A program made the translations under genes and the position numbers. The notes under the pieces are model-generated. The model was not told the DNA's origin. It made no database searches and worked only from the letters and a program-made list of their open reading frames with translations. DNA of 60,224 nt from Haliea sp. (GTDB taxonomy: Bacteria; Pseudomonadota; Gammaproteobacteria; Pseudomonadales; Halieaceae): contig JANPDE010000456.1 of NCBI GenBank assembly GCA_031431315.1, positions 1-60,224 of the forward strand. The letters are read 5' to 3'. Within the stretch, counting starts at the first letter, position 1; each line of letters starts with the position of its first letter. Shown piece by piece: positions 56,147 through 60,224 of the stretch.

Positions 56147-57100
56147 ATGAAGCAGACCAGTTTTATGCTTGTCGCTGATCGCGCTATCAGGAATCTTGGC
56201 CTCCCTCTGATAGGTATAACCGTCTTTCTGAGCGTGTGGCAGTTCACATCTGGCCGTATCGACACCTCTTTAGGAAAATTCCCTGGTCCGGCCATGGTAT
56301 GGGAGCAGGCCGGCGGCTTGCTGCAAGAATTCAGGGATGAAAAAATACGCGAGGTAGATTTCCATGCGCGACAGGAAAAACGTAACGCCAAGCTGAAGAT
56401 ACAACGTCCAGACACGGCGATACAAATGCGGTCCTACAGTGGAGCTCCTACGTTTCCGCAGCAGATTGCGACCAGTCTTAAGACTGTATTTACCGGCTTT
56501 ACATTAGCTGCGGTGATAGCCATTCCTTTAGGGATTGTTATCGGACTGAGCAGTGCGGTCTACAAAGCGATAAACCCGATTATCCAGTTGTTCAAACCAG
56601 TGTCACCGCTGGCATGGCTGCCGCTGGTTACCATCGTCGTCAGTTCGGTATACATCAATGTCATTGATGGCATGCCAAAGTCCTATGTCACCTCCGCATT
56701 TGTAGTGATGCTCTGTTGCTTGTGGCCGACGGTTATCAATACGGCAGTGGGTGTGACTTCCGTTAGCAGTGATTGGGTCAACGTCAGCAAAGTACTGCGG
56801 CTGAATTTCTTTCGCCATATTCGATACATTATTTTTCCGGCCGCTGTACCCATGATTTTTACTGGCCTTCGACTCTCACTAAGTACTGCATGGATGGTGC
56901 TTATCGCCGCGGAAATGTTGTCGCAAAATCCAGGTCTCGGGAAATTTGTGTGGGATGAATTTCAAAACGGGAATAGCAATTCCCTGGGTAGAATCATGGT
57001 AGCCGTATTGACGATCGGCTTGATCGGCTATGCGCTGGATCGCGGCATGTTGTTCCTGCAGCAGCATTTCTCATGGGACAAACAGGCACTCCTGCGTTAG
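56147..57100 (+). CDS. Nitrate/cyanate ABC permease (NrtB-like)
   Basis: PVSPLAWLP, WPTVINTAVG, FTGLRLS, AAEML, GLGKFVWDE. Confidence 0.9.
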   Translation: MKQTSFMLVADRAIRNLGLPLIGITVFLSVWQFTSGRIDTSLGKFPGPAMVWEQAGGLLQEFRDEKIREVDFHARQEKRNAKLKIQRPDTAIQMRSYSGAPTFPQQIATSLKTVFTGFTLAAVIAIPLGIVIGLSSAVYKAINPIIQLFKPVSPLAWLPLVTIVVSSVYINVIDGMPKSYVTSAFVVMLCCLWPTVINTAVGVTSVSSDWVNVSKVLRLNFFRHIRYIIFPAAVPMIFTGLRLSLSTAWMVLIAAEMLSQNPGLGKFVWDEFQNGNSNSLGRIMVAVLTIGLIGYALDRGMLFLQQHFSWDKQALLR

Positions 57101-57150
57101 TGATAGAAAAAACCGGGTCGCACGGAAATATCTTCTGACACGAGGTTGCT

Positions 57151-58023
57151 ATGAAAACACTTTTGGAACTCACTCAGGTCGGTATTGATTTCAAGACTGA
57201 AAAGGGCATTTTTAGTGCGCTGAAAAATGTCAATATTAGAATCCAGGAGGGCGAGTACGTCACGCTCATAGGCCACTCCGGGTGCGGTAAGTCGACGGTG
57301 TTGAATATTGTTGCCGGGTTGTTGCAGGCAACAAGCGGGGGTGTTGTGCTGGATGGCAGGGAGGTCAATGCGCCAGGCCCAGAGCGGGCGGTCGTATTTC
57401 AAAATCACTCGTTGCTGCCATGGCTAACGGCTTATCAGAATGTTGAGTTGGCCGTCAGAGAAGTGTTTCGCGGCAAGAAATCAGCGGCGCAAATGAAGGA
57501 GTGGATTGAATACAATCTACAGTTAGTCCACATGCAACATGCCAGTAACAAATTACCGCATGAAATCTCCGGCGGCATGAAGCAGCGCGTTGGTATCGCC
57601 AGGGCACTTGCCATGCAACCGCAAGTGCTGCTTATGGATGAGCCTTTCGGGGCGTTGGATGCGCTGACTCGAGCGCATTTGCAAGACTCTTTGATGGATA
57701 TACAGAACACCTTGAAAAATACCGTCATCATGATTACCCATGACGTTGACGAGGCGGTATTACTGTCTGACCGTATCGTCATGATGACGAATGGCCCTTC
57801 CGCTACTATCGGCGAGATTCTTAACGTCAATTTGCCACGCCCAAGAGCGCGATTAGCCTTGGCGGATGACCCACAGTACAACCACCTGCGGCATGAAGTG
57901 TTGCGGTTTCTATACGAAAAAAATGTCAAGGTTGAGGATATTTTCAGTCAAGCAAAAAAGTCGACAGCGTTGGCCTCAGTCCAGCAGGCTAACGCAATAC
58001 CCCGACTACCTAAAGTGTCTTGA
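57151..58023 (+). CDS. Nitrate/cyanate ABC ATPase (NrtC/D-like)
   Basis: GHSGCGKST, ISGGMKQR, MDEPFGALDALTR, MMTNGP. Confidence 0.92.
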   Translation: MKTLLELTQVGIDFKTEKGIFSALKNVNIRIQEGEYVTLIGHSGCGKSTVLNIVAGLLQATSGGVVLDGREVNAPGPERAVVFQNHSLLPWLTAYQNVELAVREVFRGKKSAAQMKEWIEYNLQLVHMQHASNKLPHEISGGMKQRVGIARALAMQPQVLLMDEPFGALDALTRAHLQDSLMDIQNTLKNTVIMITHDVDEAVLLSDRIVMMTNGPSATIGEILNVNLPRPRARLALADDPQYNHLRHEVLRFLYEKNVKVEDIFSQAKKSTALASVQQANAIPRLPKVS

Positions 58024-58091
58024 GCATCAACATAGCACCTAATTTACAAACATTGGAATACCAACTTTTGAATCACTCGTAGGGGAATTCA

Positions 58092-59435
58092 ATGCGCCTG
58101 ATTTTTCTTGAAAAAATAACTTGCTTACTTGTCGTCGGTTTCCTGTTGTCCTCGGTAACGGTACTGTCTAGTGAAGACATCGTTGCGGCTGCGACCTCTG
58201 GAGTATTTACCGGGAATGCGCGGCTTCGTTATGAAGATGTCGACGATGATGCGTTTATCAAGAGCGCAGAGGCACTGACGCTGCGTACGCGCTTGGCCTA
58301 TGAGACGGCACCTTTCTATGCCTTTACGCTATTAACAGAGGGAGAGAACGTATCCCACATTAGCGGCGTCGACAACTATCAATTGCCTGCGCCACCGGTA
58401 CCGGCGAGTGACGAACATGCTGTCATAGCCGATCCCGAAGGCTCGGAGCTGAATCGTTTCCAGTTGCGTTACCGTGGTATTAGCAAGGCCGATCTAATCC
58501 TTGGACGGCAATACTTGAACTATGACAACCAGCGCTGGATTGGGAACGTGGGATTTCGTCAAAATGATCAAACCTTTGATGCTTTCAGTGCAGTATATAA
58601 AGGCATAGATGACTTCATCTTCCAATACGCGTATTCCACGCGTGTAAATGGCATTACGCCGGAGTTTAACGCTAACACAAAAGACAATCTGGTAAACATC
58701 AGTTACAACGGGTTTACCTGGGGAAAATTTATCGCCTATTCCTACAAGCTGCAAAATGAAGACAATACGTTGAACCTTCCTCCAACTCAGATAGACGTCA
58801 ACCCGGGTTTGCGCTATGTCAACAATGACAGTGTGGGTCTGCGCTTCGACGGTGCTTACAACCTGCCAACGACAGTACCGTTGCGAGCGGTATATCGCGC
58901 TGAGTATGCCTATCAAGAGGCAAAGGTATATGACAAGCCGAACGAGGAGAATAGCTATGACGCCGACTACAAGCTGGCAGAGTTGGGCCTTGTCTGGGGT
59001 TTTGGTGAAGGCGAGTTTGCACTTTCACCGTTGTTGGGTTACGAATCTTTAGGGTCTGACGATGGTCGTTATGGTTTGCAAACACCCTACGCTACCAAAC
59101 ATACGTTCAATGGCTGGGCGGATCAATTCCTGGTGACCCCCAAAGACGGCTTGATCGACCAGTATGTGTTACTTGGTTTTGATTGGAATACCTATGCCAT
59201 CAAAACGATGTTGCAATACCATGACTATGAATCCGAGAGCGACAATCTCGTCACTCAATCTGAGCTCAATCTGGGCTCTGAAACGAGCCTGCAGGTCACC
59301 AAAACGTTTGGACCAAAGTGGACAGTCGGCGCTAAATATTCTGACTATCAGCAGGCGGGCAACGCCAAGGATGTCGCGGCTTCCGGAAAGAAAGATGTTG
59401 ATAAAATATGGCTTTGGGTAGAGTTCAATTTTTAG
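58092..59435 (+). CDS. Alginate-export-family outer-membrane beta-barrel porin
   Basis: Signal peptide, RLRYE, GRQ...DNQRWIGNVGFRQNDQTFDA, ATKHTFNGWAD, C-terminal Phe. Confidence 0.8.
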   Translation: MRLIFLEKITCLLVVGFLLSSVTVLSSEDIVAAATSGVFTGNARLRYEDVDDDAFIKSAEALTLRTRLAYETAPFYAFTLLTEGENVSHISGVDNYQLPAPPVPASDEHAVIADPEGSELNRFQLRYRGISKADLILGRQYLNYDNQRWIGNVGFRQNDQTFDAFSAVYKGIDDFIFQYAYSTRVNGITPEFNANTKDNLVNISYNGFTWGKFIAYSYKLQNEDNTLNLPPTQIDVNPGLRYVNNDSVGLRFDGAYNLPTTVPLRAVYRAEYAYQEAKVYDKPNEENSYDADYKLAELGLVWGFGEGEFALSPLLGYESLGSDDGRYGLQTPYATKHTFNGWADQFLVTPKDGLIDQYVLLGFDWNTYAIKTMLQYHDYESESDNLVTQSELNLGSETSLQVTKTFGPKWTVGAKYSDYQQAGNAKDVAASGKKDVDKIWLWVEFNF

Positions 59436-59614
59436 CGGAGCTTTTGCGCACCCACTCAACAGCACCATCTGTGTGATGCCCATAGTGATGTAATACATGA
59501 AAAAACGTAGTTGTGAATATCCCGAGGACACCCGCAGCCGACCATCCTCCCACTTTCCTCGAGCCCCAAAGTGTGCAATAAATCCAATGTCAGGTTCTGA
59601 ACAGGCTGCTGTAT

Positions 59615-59971
59615 ATGAGGCAAGAGCAATTCCCACTTGAAGACCGCATCCGGCGTCACAGGATTGATAACTGTCCCTGCTGTACTCGAATGTTGCCACT
59701 GACATTTCATCACCTGATTCCGAAGAAGGTGCATCGTCGCAGGCACTTTTCTCTACGCTACGATCGCGACATACTCAACCAGGGAATCTATATCTGTACG
59801 GACTGCCACCAGCACATCCACGCGACCTATGATGAGATGCGGCTTGCAACTGATTACAGCGCACCCGAAGCACTCATAGGGGACCCCGTGCTGCAGCGTC
59901 ATTTCCGATGGCTGGCCAGGCAACGTCGGCGCTCCTCACTATCTCTCGATGAGCGAGGCACGCTCCCGTAA
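59615..59971 (+). CDS. Small HNH-like Cys/His protein (YisB-like)
   Basis: CPCC..LTFHHLIPK...ICTDCHQHIH. Confidence 0.6.
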   Translation: MRQEQFPLEDRIRRHRIDNCPCCTRMLPLTFHHLIPKKVHRRRHFSLRYDRDILNQGIYICTDCHQHIHATYDEMRLATDYSAPEALIGDPVLQRHFRWLARQRRRSSLSLDERGTLP

Positions 59972-60060
59972 TATAATGCAATACATTCGCCGTTTTCGTT
60001 GCCAGCACGCGAGAGCGGCCGTTGTTCGATCCGGATCTTCCCGATAGCCGTAGTACGTAT

Positions 60061-60224
60061 ATGAATAAACCTGTGTTGATATTGGTGCTGGGGGATCAGT
60101 TGACCCTCGGGCGTGGTGCCCTCCGGAATGCCCGTCCAGGCATCGACACCATCGTAATGGCCGAAGTGAGGGAAGAGGCCTGCTATGTACGCCACAATCG
60201 GCATAAGATCACACTGATTTTTGC
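60061..60224 (+). CDS. Cryptochrome/photolyase-related (DPRP, PhrB/CryB-type) protein, 5' part
   Basis: MNKPVLILVLGDQL...MAEVREEACYVRHNRHKITLIF; runs off the window; not in the ORF track. Confidence 0.85.
   Translation, partial: MNKPVLILVLGDQLTLGRGALRNARPGIDTIVMAEVREEACYVRHNRHKITLIF

Noticed and set aside
1-60224. CRISPR array, IS transposase, integron or rRNA
   Set aside because: No regularly spaced repeats, transposase/integrase motifs or rRNA sequence seen by eye; short MITEs could have been missed

Overview
Gammaproteobacterial chromosomal window; the rnr-rlmB-rpsF-rpsR-DUF2232-rplI-dnaB order suggests a Cellvibrionales/Pseudomonadales-type organism (inference). Bases 1-45.5 kb are a large mosaic surface-polysaccharide locus ending at a tRNA-Leu(CAG). 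It carries Wzt, many GT2/GT4 glycosyltransferases, a Wzy-like protein, methyl-, acetyl-, carbamoyl- and amido-transferases, ugd, a UDP-GlcA epimerase, galE and a WxcM/FdtB pair. Embedded in it (21.5-31 kb) is the most notable element, a two-precursor lasso-peptide (RiPP) cluster. It has two Cys-less asparagine-synthetase-like cyclases, one B2 peptidase, an HPr-kinase-like kinase, an ABC exporter and an RfaH homolog, with a consensus ops site upstream of precursor 2. It also encodes a PRMT-fold methyltransferase whose arginine-binding double-E loop is altered. Both predicted cores start with Asn, have the ring acceptor at position 9, contain PGQ, lack Arg and end in Ser; core 2 has two tail cysteines. 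The in-cluster RRE (PqqD/B1) gene is a 35-codon remnant coupled to rfaH. An intact paralog with the same promoter motif lies about 20 kb away, coupled to a molybdopterin oxidoreductase. Several pseudogenes missing from the ORF track were read directly from the DNA: a STELLO duplicate, a SAM methyltransferase, lemA and a DnaT/lambda-O-like C-terminus; an oafA 5' fragment is also present. The right end holds core genes, a lambda-P-like gene, a sigma54/NtrC-type nitrate/cyanate ABC operon with a porin, and the start of a photolyase-like gene. All calls come from motif reading by eye; no database searches were run.
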